From Mobula birostris (taxonomy: Eukaryota): a DNA stretch of 64,000 bases. The notes beneath the pieces are model-generated. The model was not told the origin of the DNA. It did not search any database and was given only the letters and a program-made list of their open reading frames with translations. The position numbers were made by a program, and so were the translations under genes. The stretch lies in assembly GCF_030028105.1 (NCBI RefSeq), contig NC_092383.1, positions 85,889,921 to 85,953,920 of the forward strand. The letters are read 5' to 3'. Below, one piece after another: positions 1 to 11,916 of the stretch; positions within the stretch are counted from its first letter, which is position 1, and each line of letters begins with the position of its first letter.

Positions 1-591
1 CTCACAATCAGATGCAGGTTTTTTTAAAAAATGGTTTCATTATTAAACAGACAATTCACAAACAGGACTGTGATGTGTATTTAATATTTTAGTAATATCT
101 GAGTAATCTTGTCAATATGTTGTTGATTAAGCATTTTTGTTTATATAATTAATTACAGATTATATGTAAAAGTAATTACATTAGATACGTCATCACACTA
201 CCACATGGTATGTGCATGCTTCACTTAAAGTAATCTCAAAGTTAGATCCACAATTTGGACTCCCATGTCTTCTGTTGAATTAACTTAATGTTTTTAAGTT
301 ACAAAACATAACACTGGCATAGAGGTAGTTTTAAAACAAGCTTGAGGCGACTACCGACCCATTCAAGCTCAATGTGTATTTCAGGTTTAAAATAGTGCAG
401 CGAGGAATGGAAAACAGAGCAGCAGGTGTACTTTTGAAGTGAAAACATGATCGAGTTTTTGAAAAAAGGCAGTAAATGGAATAAGTCATGGATTCATAAA
501 GAGAAAGGAAGGATTTAAAAGTTCAAAGAGAGAGTATTGGGTAATAATAATCATTAAAAAATCGGAAAGATTGACAAGTTTAATTACGCAC

Positions 592-745
592 GTTACACAC
601 ACAAAATGTTGGAGGAACTCAGAAGGCCTGGCAGCATCTACGTTAAAAGGTCCAGTCGGCGTTTCAGGCCGAAACCCTTCAGTAGGACTGTATCCAGCAT
701 TTTGTGTGTGTTGCTCAGATTTCCAGCATCTGCAGATTTTCTCTT
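592..745. mobile_element. Penelope terminal-repeat-derived short repeat
   Basis: acacaaaatgttggaggaactcag...ccagcatctgcagattt; matches the terminal segment of the GIY-YIG element at 38.9-39.06 kb. Confidence 0.7.
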
Positions 746-1228
746 GCTTACACAATAGGTAATTGGCTCATATATACTGAGCTATCGAAACAGTATTTTG
801 AAGTAAATGAAATAGCCAATGAGAAATGAGTGCCAGTTTTGCTGAGTGCATTGGGTTTAAAGGCATACAGTTTGCTTCAAAGTTTGACTGCTGCAACCAA
901 ACCGCCAGAAGTGAACTTTACTGAGATTGTTGTGATGCACAAATACATAGAATTGAAGCTATTGTTGATTGCAGAGTGCTTTAGCTTTCATAAGTGGAAT
1001 CAAAAAGAAGGGGAGTCCATTTCAACATACTTGGCTGAATTGAAAAAATTGTCTGAGCATTGTCAGATGCACTGAGATTGTTTAGTTTATGGAATCTTAA
1101 AAGAAAGCATTCAAAAACGGTTCTCAACTTATATTCGAAAGAACAGTTTAAACTGCTGTTTCAATGGAAGCCACAGATAGAGACTAAGCATAAGCAAAAT
1201 TGCAGCATCTAAACAGAAACTGCCTTGG

Positions 1229-1881
1229 TTTTCCTTTTCTTTTTTAAATCTTTTTATTAATTATTATTGAAAATCAACAACAGAGAAAAATAAATCAAAA
1301 TAATCAAGACAACATGTCCATATGTAGAATAAGAGTTAAACTATCAACCAGGCTGAACAGTATATCAATAATAATCAAAAAACAAAATGTTAAAGCTTTT
1401 TTTATGGAAAAAAGAAAGAAAGAAAAAAAGAACCCCTACTAACTAAAACAGAAAAAAACCCCTAATAACTAAAAAAACAAGGGGAAAAAGAACACCCATC
1501 TGGAGCACAAACCCGGAGCTATACGCCATATAAGCTTCCATTAAAAAAAAAAGGCATCAAACTGTCAACCAAATCCATGTACCCAAGCATCAGAAAAGGA
1601 CCATCTTTATTAACTCAAGCCAAATGATAATAACAGGCAAAAGAACCCCACCTTTTCTCGAAGTCAAATCTAGGATCAAAAGTTCGACTTCTAATTTTTT
1701 CCAAACTAAGACATAACATCACCTGAGAGAACCATTTTATCAAAGTGGGAGCAGAGGCATCTTTCCATTTTAATAAAACAGCCCTTCTAGCCAATAATGT
1801 GACAAATGCAATTACGTATTGGTCAGATATAGAAATACCGTGAATACGTTGAGGAATTATACCAAACAAAACTGTCAATTT
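1229..1881 (-). mobile_element. 5'-truncated L1-clade LINE (ORF2 C-terminus plus 3' UTR) nested in the Gypsy element
   Basis: ORF 1615-1878 (LLARRAVLLKWK..LEKIR) is nearly the same as ORF 44476-45003. T-rich tail at about 1229. TSD actgccttgg at 1219-1228 and 1882-1891. Confidence 0.85.
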
Positions 1882-2184
1882 ACTGCCTTGGCTAAATAAA
1901 TCGTGTTACTCTTGAGGCAGGGGCTCCCATTCACAAAGCAAACGCAGTTGTAAAGGTGAAACTTGCAGAAAATGCAATGAAGTGGGAGACATACAAAGGG
2001 AATGTCAGGCAGACAAAAATAATTGGACTGCACGGAGAAGAGAAAAACATAAAAAGTCAAGTTGCAATTTCAAAAAAAGCACTAATCTACGTGCTGTTGA
2101 TGAAGAATCTGATAATGATGAGGCTGACTCGGGACTGTATAGCCTTGAGATTTATTATGTGAAAACTAACAATAGACAAGTATG

Positions 2185-2350
2185 CAATACACAGAAAATT
2201 CTGAAGGAACTTAATGCTGATGAAGGGCTTTGGCCCGCAATGTCAGCTGTTTACTCTTTTCCACAGTTGCTGTCTGGCCTGCTGAGCTCTTTCAGCATTT
2301 TGTGTTTAATGCTTGGATTTCCAACATCTGCAGATTTCTCGTGTTTTTGA
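2185..2350. mobile_element. Penelope terminal-repeat-derived short repeat
   Basis: ctgatgaagggctttggccc...ttccaacatctgcagatttctc; same family as 592-745. Confidence 0.65.
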
Positions 2351-2421
2351 ATAGACAAGCAATTTAGCTGACACCAGAAGTGAACAGCAAGTTAATTAAA
2401 ATGGAATTAGACACTGGTTGA

Positions 2422-2902
2422 ATTTGGAAAAAATTAGAGGTGCGGTTTATGACCCTTCCATTAGATTCGAAAAAACTTGGAGGCCATTCATTCAGCATTT
2501 TCATTTGATGTAATTTGACCATTTCCAAACTTGTTTTATTTCTCTGTACTGTTGGTTGAGAGGAGTGGAGTCGTCCACACTAAGGTTTTCTTCTTTCCCA
2601 TTTTCAAGTTGTTAGTATTGCCCAAGTCTTTTAGTTTAGTTGACTAATTCTGTTTAGTTTAGTTTTTTTTGGGGATGGGGTTTGTTTTTTTTTCTTTTTC
2701 TTTTCTTTTTCATGACTTTTCTTCAGTTTTTTTTGCTTTGTATTATTCATTATTATTCTGCACGATTGGGAGCTTTGTTAATTTTTACTATTTGGTTTTA
2801 CAATTACTCACTTTAAATGTAACAATGTATCTCCTACTACTTGTATTTTTGCTTTGTTATGTTTTCATTCTATGAAATTAATAAAAAGATTGAAAAAGAA
2901 AA
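2422..2902 (+). mobile_element. 5'-truncated L1 3' end inserted in the Gypsy protease motif
   Basis: A-rich tail at 2880-2902. 18-bp TSD gaattagac(a/t)ctggttga at 2404-2421 and 2903-2920. Confidence 0.8.
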
Positions 2903-3640
2903 GAATTAGACTCTGGTTGAGCAGTTTCAGTCACTCCACAAAGTGAGTTTGAACAGTGTTTCAAAGATACCAAACTGAAGTCTGCAGATAATCAACTAAG
3001 CACTTATACTGAGGAAATGATAAATCCTGTGGGAATGACATTCGTAACAGTGAAGTACAACAAACAACAAACCAAGTTGAGCTCTTATGTGGTAAAAACA
3101 GAAGGGCCAGCATTGTGGCGACGTGATTGGCTGAGACAACTACAATTTGCTAGGATAACCATACAATTTGCATGCCACATGCCCTGCAATCAGGTCAAAT
3201 GAAAGTGAATTAAGAAAGATATTGGATGCTGTCACAACTGTCTTCATGTCGAACACCATGAATCCAAGAGGACAAACATGTGTTGGTGCCAATCTCTGTG
3301 CCACTGGATGGAAAGCATATTGGACCAAGGAAGGACCATGCTGCTCAGAGGAATTGTGAAAGTGATGAAAGCATTGCCAACTACAACATTTTTGGTAGAT
3401 GACTTACCTGAGATAGCTTCTGATATGTTAATCGGGCAGCTGGAAGAGAGTTCAGGGAGCTTCAGGAAAGTTGCAAACATTCGGCTTTTGCAAGTATAAA
3501 GAATCAGAATCTACTCTGCGTGCATTAAGTGGGAGGCTAAAAGGTGCTTGTAAAAGTAGCTGCAATGACCAAAGCCCAGCTGGATGGATGGATGGCCAAA
3601 AAGAAAGAGAAATATGTAAACAGAGTATTCATCAGATGAT

Positions 3641-3847
3641 AAAAGTTGCTGGTGAACGCAGCAGGCCAAGCAGCATCTCTAGGAAGAGGTGCAGTCGACA
3701 TTTCAGGCCGAGACCCTTCATCAGACGAAGGGTCTCGGCTTGAAACGTCGACTGCACCTCTTCCTAGAGATGCTGCCTGGCCTGCTGCGTTCACCAGTAA
3801 CTTTTATGTGTGTTGTTTGAATTTCCAGCATCTGCAGAATTCCTGTT
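3641..3847. mobile_element. Short Penelope-derived inverted-repeat element with 16-bp TSD
   Basis: 79-bp arms at 3641-3719 and 3727-3805 are reverse complements with 4 mismatches. Flanked by gtattcatcagatgat at 3625-3640 and 3848-3863. Confidence 0.8.
3690..3725 (-). ncRNA. Putative minimal hammerhead ribozyme motif in Penelope terminal repeat
   Basis: Minus strand reads CUGAUGA-agggucucggccu-GAAA-ugucgac-ugca: hammerhead core boxes, a short helix II and a palindromic gucgac helix III. Confidence 0.5.
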
Positions 3848-5361
3848 GTATTCATCAGATGATGTTGTGGATCAGGAAACCAAGAGAAGAGATCGGATCA
3901 AAAAGGGAGCAATAGAAGGATTAATAAGATAATGTTAGTGAATTAAATGCACCTTCCCAAGAACAAGATGCACAAGCTAGAAGATGAAAAAGGAAGATGA
4001 AAGGTGTCCAGAGCTGTCAGAACCTCTTCTTGTAGTCTCAGAATCAACTCACACAACCACCATGAAGGAGGCCCCAGAACCTCAGATTGTTTTCACAGCC
4101 ACAAGTCTCACCTGCTAAGCAGAGTGACCTCCTTTATCAGGAAAGACATTATCCCACAAGAGTAAGACATCCTCCACAGTGATTTAATCTTTAAGCCTCA
4201 ATGGGACAAATTAAAAATTAATATGCCATTGATATCTATATACAGCAGTGTTATTATATAATATATTGTTTATATAGTTGAGATGCATTCTATATTAAGT
4301 TGGAATTTATAGCTAAGCAGGAAGGAGTGTTGAGTATTTCATATATTTCAGTAATATCTGAGTAATATTGCAAATATCTTGTTGATTAAGCATCCTTGTC
4401 TGTTTAAATAATTATGGGTTATATGTATAAATAACATGAATTGCATGGGTGATCATGTTACCTTATGATACGTGTGTGCCTCGCTTAATGTAAACTCGAA
4501 GTTAGACCAGCATTTCGGACTCCCATGTCTTCCTTTGAATTTGTTTAATGTTTTGAAGTTACAAAACATAACAGACTGTAAGTTCTACTGCTGCACATTC
4601 CACAAAGACAGAATGATTTTGCTAGCAAAGTTCCTCCATCGAATAAAAGGTCTTTAAGAGATTTAGATCTACGGCTGCTATTATATCAGGCTATTGTTGA
4701 TCAGAAGGGAGGGGTGACCATACTTACAACATCCTGTTCTGTTAGCTTCCAAACTGGTATGCATATTTGTTGCAGGAGAACAACTCACTGCGAGAAGCAT
4801 CATGACTTCTCCGCCGACAGAACTTCAAGGCGTTACACTCATGACACCACAGCAATGCTTGTTATTCCTTGCCCCTCTCAGTTCTATGTGGCACGTTGAT
4901 GCTTTCTTCTCGTTTATCTGTACCTTAATTACGGAATGCCAAGTGCGGAGGTGTGGAGTTACTTTTCATTCACTGGGTAGAATGAGTCAGAAACAATGGT
5001 GAAGGCAAAACCGCACTACCAAGGTGAAGTAACTGGTTGACCATTTGAAGAACCATGGTCATTAAAGGCTTCAACAAAGAGCTGAACAATGGGACTAACC
5101 TAAAAAAATACCATTTGAACAATGGGCTTGATTAGGAGACAAATTTTCCCTTTCTGGGCTATTTTCCATAAACATGCATTGTATTCACTTAATAAATGCC
5201 CTTTATGAGTCAACATAAATTAAATTCTTGTGATTTGAGTTCCTGATAATGTTTCCTCATTTAATCTGCTGTACAAACAAATCTGAGAGTTGACAGCCAG
5301 GTGACCATTAACAAGTACTGGTCTAACCTTTGCAAGCACAACTTTGTGAATTCTATCCAAA

Positions 5362-5585
5362 ACACACAGAATCCTGGAGGAACTCAGCAAGTAAGGCAAC
5401 GTCTATGGAAATGGTAGTTGACATTTCAGGCTGAGACCCTTCTTCAGGAGTGAGAAGGAAGGGGGATAATGCCAGAATAAAAAGGTAGGGCAGGGGGAGG
5501 AGAAGCAAGCTAGCTAGAAGATGATAAGTGAAGCAGGTAGGTGGGAAAGGTTAAGGGCTGGAGATGAAAGAATCTGATAGGAGAG
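5362..5585. mobile_element. Penelope terminal-repeat fragment
   Basis: aacacacagaatcctggaggaactcagc...gacatttcaggctgagacccttcttcagga followed by a purine-rich segment. Confidence 0.6.
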
Positions 5586-6502
5586 GAAAGTGAACTATCG
5601 GAGAAAGGTCTCTTTCCCTTACGATGTCACCTATTTTATGGCGGTCAATTACAAAAGCATTCTTTGTTGAAACTGGTGTGTTGTACATTGGAATTTAGAC
5701 CTAACCAGAGATGACAAGATAGAATAGATTTGGAAATCTAATGCCATTCAGGAGAATGAGCAGCATCTCAATTGCGTGACATGGTTTTACTTACTTGTTT
5801 AGAATAATTAGTTGAAGATCAAATAACCCAATAGAGGAGAAAAAAAGCACACAACCTCCTTTAATCATGTTCCTCCATGTATCTCATCAACAGATGATGT
5901 AATTATAGAGACGAGCATATGCCTCATATGAGGAATGCTACTATTGAATGTTTCCAGCCTGCTGTTTTACTTTTGGGTTCCTTGCACCTTCTTTGAAAAC
6001 CAAGCAGACTGAGGTGGTGTATTATCTACTCCTACTTCTAGTTCAAAATCTAAAGTAAATTTTTTATCAAAGTACACATTGAATGGCCTGGATAGAGTGG
6101 ATGTGGAGGCCAGGTTATTGGATAGACATACAGTGGAGGTTGGTCAGTTCTTGATTAGTCAGGGCATCAAAGTTTATGGGGGAAGGCAAGACAATAGGGT
6201 TGAGAGCAATAATAAATCAACTATGATGGAATGGCAGAGCAGACTTGATGGGCCAGATGGCCTAATTTTGCTCATTTGGTTTTGACTCCTTTAAGAAAAT
6301 CCCAGAGATTGAATGTGATCTATTGGTATGCATGAAGTTTCATTCTCAACTAAACCAAACAGATAAACTACTACTTAACATCAGGAGTGTTGTATCTTGG
6401 TAATTATCAAGCCCTAGGTTCTTTCAGTAGTTCAATAATGAGTGAAAAAGTTTGATTCTTTCAATCATTTATTTAAAGTTTAAACAAAGGACAACTACTA
6501 AG

Positions 6503-6996
6503 TGTCACAGTCCTTACCGTTGATTTCTCATATTCTCCTAATTCACTTTTCCCCGTGTTCTCCTGGGCTCCTTGATTGCGACACACCTGATTCTCATCTA
6601 AACCTGCAGCATAATTACCCCGGCTTTGCATCCACTCATCGCCAAATCGTTGTTTCAGCCAGTGTGGTAATTCACGTTCCCAGCTGCTTAGGATTGTGTA
6701 TTCTAAGTTTTGTTTCATTACTGAGGTTTGCTTGTGTTAACTCTGTGTCTCCGTGTCAAGAGAAGCATTGCCTGCTGCCAGCCTTTCCGTTCATCCTCCT
6801 GTTTGCCGTTCAGCTCCAGCAACGCTCTGTGTCAAGATAAGTATTGCCTGCCACCTGCCTTTCCGTTCATCCTCCTGTTTGTCGTTCAGCTCCAGTCATG
6901 CTCATGCCCATGTCAGCAATCCCGACTCTATATCCGTGCCAGGGTCTTGTGTTTGGGTTCACCTGTTCTCTGCATCACCAAGCAGACAAAGTAACA
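6503..6996. mobile_element. Probable solo LTR with internal ~70-bp tandem duplication
   Basis: Begins tgtcac and ends gtaaca. The unit tgtcaaga..gcctttccgttcatcctcctgtttg..gttcagctccag is repeated at about 6760-6820 and 6830-6895. No clear TSD. Confidence 0.45.
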
Positions 6997-7849
6997 GTGA
7001 TACCAAGCAGAAGAGAGGCGAGAAATTAAAGATATTCCATAGCTTCAATATTGCAGTTTTGAAAAATCTTTATAATCCAGATAACAAAGATTCCTTAAAG
7101 ATAAATGAATTAAAATGCTACACAATTATGATGTGTATTATGTGCTAACATTTAGCCAATTAAAAAATGAAAAGGTATAATAAACCAGTAAGTAACTGCT
7201 ATATCACTTTCTGCCAGCAAATGGGGATGAACCACCACATACCGTGAAACATGAGTTTGTTAAAGATACAAATTGTTACAAATACAAATTATGTCAGTTA
7301 AAAAGAAACTACAAGTAAAACAATGATTTTGGTCTTGCATTAATTCAACTAATATCTTATAAAAAGTACAAAAAATTACAACGGGAGTTTAAAAAGAATA
7401 ATTTTAATTGATTTATTAGTTACTGGAACATCCAACAACAAGAACCTCAGGGATCTGAATCTATAGAAAAGGGTTTAATAGAGTAAAATGGTCCTAAGCC
7501 GTTCAGAGTCTTGATTGTGTCCTCCCTTCAGAAGAACATGTGCTGTGCTGCTTTTTTATTAAACTTGACCATCTCTGCACATGCTGGGCTACGATTTTTT
7601 TTAACTTGCAGCATTTTTTTTTACTTCAAATCTTTCACTGTGCTTCAATAATGTGGGTCTAACTTCATTCTTCACTTCAAGTGAGGCGTGCATGTATCGT
7701 GTGAATTGTATACGTCATCATGCTTGCTCATATTTATACATATAACTCATAATTTATTATTTAAATGACCAAAAAAAGGTTAATCAAACAAATACACACA
7801 CGCACACAAGATTACTCAAACAGAACTGAAATATTAAATAAGTTTCCAA

Positions 7850-8170
7850 TAATACAGGAGCCTGGACCAAAGGCCAGTCTCATAATGGAGGGACTTCCCT
7901 TTAGAACAGTAATGAGGAGGAATATCCTTTGCCAGAGAGTGGTGAATCTGTGTAATTGATTACCACGGATGGCTGTGGAGACCAAGTCACTGGGTATATT
8001 TAAAGCGAAGGTAGATAGGTTCTTCATTAGTGAGGGTATTAAAGCTTACAGGGAGAAGACAGAGAATAGGGTTCACTAGGATAATAAATCAGCTATGATA
8101 GAATGCTGAAGCAAACTTTACAGGCCAAATGGCCTTATCCTGCTCCTGTGTTTATGGTCTTATGGTCTTG
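7850..8170 (+). mobile_element. CR1 LINE 3' end fragment
   Basis: GLPFRTVMRRN..QRVVNL reading and ggtcttatggtctt tail. A similar fragment lies at 6080-6290. Confidence 0.75.
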
Positions 8171-8843
8171 ATTCCATCAAGAAAATCCAGGAACCTGAAT
8201 GTGATGTGTTCACCATTTATGAAATTTCATTCTCAACTAAACCAAGAGGATAAATTACTTATTAACATCAGCAATTTATTATAAGAATATTAATTGATTA
8301 TTTATTAGTTATTGAAATGTACAACAACAACCTCAGGCATTTGAATCCATAGAACAGCATTTGATAGAGTAAAATGGTCTTAAGCAGTTCACAGCAATGG
8401 TAGGGTTAAAAATTGGTGCTTGTGCAACGAAAAGAAAACATTGTGAAAAGGTGCCATATGATTGAGACCAGTGAGAGTGACATGTTAGAAATGGAATGAT
8501 AAAACAAAAGTTACTGTCTTGAAGTACGGTAACGTTTTTTCACCCTCATGAAGTTAACAATTGTAAGACGAGAGGTTAATTCTCCACAAATGATAAAGCT
8601 GCACAAAGTGGGAAGAAGAATGAATATTTGATCTTTGTGTAAAATTCCAGCACAATCTGTGTGATCCAGGAGCCTTCACTTTACCTTGTAGACCAGTCTG
8701 TGAAGATCTGATTCATCAGGTTTCTGTAAAAGGCAACGGTCAAATCATCAGACTCATCGACATTGGGAACTCTGCTTTAGAGTTGTATCAGGAGCTTTGA
8801 CTCTAATATATTCACATCAAACATTCTGCACACATACAGTGTG

Positions 8844-8864
8844 TTAACATCTTGACAATATCAT
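8844..8864 (-). CDS. Receptor terminal coding exon (MILSRC*), short cytoplasmic tail
   Basis: Acceptor ctatctgcag then ATGATATTGTCAAGATGTTAA. Phase 0 matches the TM exon end. The paralogue at 49030-49050 encodes the same peptide with a TGA stop. Confidence 0.7.
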   Translation of the reverse strand: MILSRC

Positions 8865-8978
8865 CTGCAGATAGCTTTGGATTGACCATTGGATAAGGAA
8901 AGGTAAATGTGTTTAAATGTCTTTCCTCAAATGAAAAGTATATTTGGAAGCAAATTCCACTAATGTCCATTAGCCTAC

Positions 8979-9069
8979 CTTAGTTTCTCTTGTGAACCAC
9001 ATGACTGAACTCGTGCCGATCATCAGGAGAGCGAAGAGTACCCAACGACCCACTTCCCATATCATGAAA
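8979..9069 (-). CDS. Transmembrane exon with Arg (activating-type): FMIWEVGRWVLFALLMIGTSSVMWFTRETK
   Basis: ctttgctcag acceptor and gtaggc donor, 91 bp, phase 2 to 0. Paralogue at 49165-49255 is the same length and open. Confidence 0.85.
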
Positions 9070-9138
9070 CTGAGCAAAGAGGAAGAGATACAGAATTGAT
9101 GAGATGAAATGAGATGGCTTTGTGTTTAAAATATGTAC

Positions 9139-9186
9139 CTCCTGTTTCCTTTGTGGAGTGTGTAATGTTGAATCAGGTTCGTGGGT
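9139..9186 (-). CDS. Stalk exon 2 (PTNLIQHYTLHKGNR)
   Basis: cacttgccag acceptor and gtacat donor, 48 bp, phase 2 to 2 and open. 69-bp intron to the TM exon, the same length as in the 49 kb paralogue. Confidence 0.65.
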
Positions 9187-10717
9187 CTGGCAAGTGAGAC
9201 AGAAAACACTGGCTGCAAATAAATATGTCAATCATTTTTTACAAACAATAAAAATTCTACCAAATATTCATGTTCCCAAGTTACAGAAACTACAAAGTTG
9301 AATCTACAAACACACTTAGCTAAAAGTGCATGCAATGCATACCTTCCCGATGGTTATGTGCACCACTTGCCTTAAACCAAGGAAAAGAGAGCAAGCCTCT
9401 TCCATGTGCTCTTTTATACCCAGGATATTTGACACTGGACACCAGGCTGCTAACCAATGGGAAAAGCAGCTGCAGTTGCTAAACTAACTAATCAGGATGA
9501 AAGTGACTTTTGACAATCAGAATAAGCCCCCCACAGGACACACTACCTCTTGAAAGTTGCAACACCCTGCGATCCAACCCTTGTGACGATGAGGATTACC
9601 TTTGTGAATTCCCTATTAAGTTACATACAAAACGCAGTACAATACAATAGTCGTCCCCCAGTACACGACAGTAGTCCACCAGCCTCCCTGTGCCCCAAAA
9701 GGCCACCAGCACCACCCCAGAGTGTGATAGCTAATGAGCTGCTTACTGAATTAACCAATCACAAAGGAAGCGACTTTCAACAATCAGAATAAGCCACGCC
9801 TGCCACTGGAGAGAGTGGAGCAAGGCAAATAACCAGAGCTAGAGCGGTTCATCTAGAAGAGTAAACTAATGTTAACTGAGGGTGTGGTGGGCAACTGATG
9901 ATCATCAGATACAGACCTAATCACTGGGGCTTGGTCTCGGACAAATTAGATCTTTGAATTAGAAACTGCAAAGTGAAAATGGGTTTAGGAATGATAGAGA
10001 AGTTAATAATGAATGGCCTCCATGATACTGAAATATCATCAAAAATCTGATCACATTATTCTCTGGACAACAGTAGATATAGGGAAATTACATTCAAAAA
10101 TTTCTGTAGGACTCACTCACAACAGAAGGTCTGAAATGCCAATAAGAGACTTTGTAAATTGAGGAAAGAATGGGGTAAATCAATCAGGGCAATGAAAATG
10201 ACCACAATAAAATGCAATTATGATGATCAAAAAGATGGAACCATGTAGGAATAATATCAAATAGTTTCAAGACAATGGCAACATCTTGCATTGCGGTCAT
10301 TCATTGATTCTATTATGGTTATTGTATTTACTGAGTATGCCCGCATGAAAATGAATCCCGGGGTTGTGTATGGTGATATATATATACTTGGATAATAAAT
10401 GGACTTTGAAATTTGAAATCGTTTCTTCAATTCATCCAGTTTATTAACATCTCTTCTTCAGCAGAGAACCAAAACTGAACATAATACTCCAAGTATCATC
10501 TCATCAATTGTCTTAAACAACTGCAACATCACCTTCCAACTTGTCTACTCTGGCTGATGCCTAAAGCCTTCTTCACTACTCTGTCTACCCCTGACTCCAC
10601 TTTCAGGGAACCATGTACCTGAGTCACAGTCAGTGTTTGTGAAGTGTCTGAGTGAGATCTTATTTCACCTCTCCATAGAAGGCTTCAGCACATGTTCTGG
10701 AAGATAGAATTTATATA

Positions 10718-11109
10718 CAGTGCTGTGAAAAAGTCTTAGGCAAATGTAAAATAATTCTGTAAAGTGAAGGTGCTTTCAAAAATAATGAAATGAAAAGCTT
10801 CTAACTATCAAAGAGAAGTAAACAGTAAAAAGCTAAATCAAATCAATATTTGGGTGTGACTACCCTCCACCTTCAAAAGTTCATCAATTCTTTAGGTACA
10901 CTATTGTGCAGTGCTAGAAGAAAATTAGCTGGTAGGTTGTTCCAATCTACTTGGAGAACTTGCCACAGCTCTTCTGCAGACTCTGGCTGTTTCAGTTGCT
11001 TCTGTCTTTCCAGGTATTCCCAGACTGCCTTGATGATGTTGAGATCAGGGCTCTATGGGGACCATACCACATGAAACCATAGGGTGCCTAAGACTTCTGC
11101 ACAGTACTG
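10718..11109. mobile_element. Internally deleted Tc1-like DNA transposon
   Basis: TIRs cagtgctgtgaaaaagtcttaggca and tgcctaagacttctgcacagtactg, each flanked by TA. Confidence 0.8.
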
Positions 11110-11772
11110 TAGTGGATGCCCAATGGAAAGTCTCATGGATTTTGTCCGTGTTGTACGACTCTGGCACCATATGATTCTGTTACACAACAGCATGATGTGA
11201 AACCTGAAGTTTAAAGTTCGAAGAAGATTTATTATCAAAATACATATATGTCACCATATTCAACCCTGGGATTCATTTTCTTGTGGGCATACTCAATAAA
11301 TCTACAGAATAATAGCCACAACAGATTCAATTGAGACCGCCCAACTACAGCATTCAACTAGCGTGCAGAAGACAACAAACTATGCAAAGGGAAAAAGAAG
11401 AAATAGTAATAATAAATAAATAAGCAAAAAATATCGAGGACATGAGATGAAGAGTCCTTAAGGTGAGTCCATTTGTTGTGGGAACATTTCAATGATGGGA
11501 CAAGTGAAGTTGAGTGAAGTTATCCCCTTTGTTTATCATCTATCCATGCCAATAATCTACTTCCAAAATAAATACTAATATCATCTTTCATATCTAAGTC
11601 ATTACAGAATATTTAGAGAGGTTGATTTTTCTTGGATTCTCAGGCTTAAAACATGTAAGAGAGCATTGGTTCTACTATTGGTTATAGAACTGTAAACAAT
11701 ATTCTCATAGGCATTCAGTACAAGGAAATAAAATTGTAATTTCCCCTTAATTATCCCTCATAAAGGAGCAGG

Positions 11773-11916
11773 GCCTCAACAGGTTGTGGATATTCGTATG
11801 AAGATAGCATCAGTAATGAGAACATTGTGTCTTTAAGCAGAACTGGATTAAGTGATTTACCTTGCAGTTGGTTCTACTGGAACATCTTCATACGAATATC
11901 CACAACCTGTTGAGGC
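11773..11916. repeat. Perfect 33-bp inverted repeat with 78-bp spacer overlapping stalk exon 1
   Basis: gcctcaacaggttgtggatattcgtatgaagat (11773-11805) is the exact reverse complement of 11884-11916. Confidence 0.95.
11861..11906 (-). CDS. Stalk exon 1 (CGYSYEDVPVEPTA)
   Basis: Strong acceptor ttttctttccttgcctcaacag and gtaaat donor. 46 bp, phase 1 to 2, bridging a phase-1 C2 exon to phase-2 stalk exon 2. Carries a Cys like the stalk exon at 55.7 kb. Confidence 0.7.

Larger units (their letters stand above)
69..4573 (+). mobile_element. Decayed Gypsy/Ty3-type LTR retrotransposon with internal deletions and nested insertions
   Basis: Similar TG..CA LTRs at 69-313 and 4328-4573, both ending gaagttacaaaacataaca or aagttacaaaacataaca. 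PBS-like ctggc follows the 5' LTR and a purine tract (agcaggaaggag) precedes the 3' LTR. Gag-like ORF 830-1075 (FHKWNQKEGESISTYLAELKKLSEHC), decayed zinc knuckle near 1900-2010, protease motif KMELDTG near 2398-2418. Confidence 0.85.

Noticed and set aside
5790-5880. TM-like stretch ending in gtaagt
   Set aside because: No acceptor, stops or frameshifts are needed to read it, and there is no similarity to the two real TM exons.
8640-8864. Alternative tail frame DDIVKMLTHCMCAECLM* and a conserved donor-like site at 8684
   Set aside because: The TM exon ends in phase 0, which forces MILSRC*. The downstream candidate intron is only about 52 nt.
9790-9853. Exon-like MNRSSSGYLPCST segment homologous to 49325-49390
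   Set aside because: Phase 0 entry does not fit the phase-2 chain, the phase-2 reading gives an immediate TGA, there is no good donor, and the acceptor is mutated in the paralogue.
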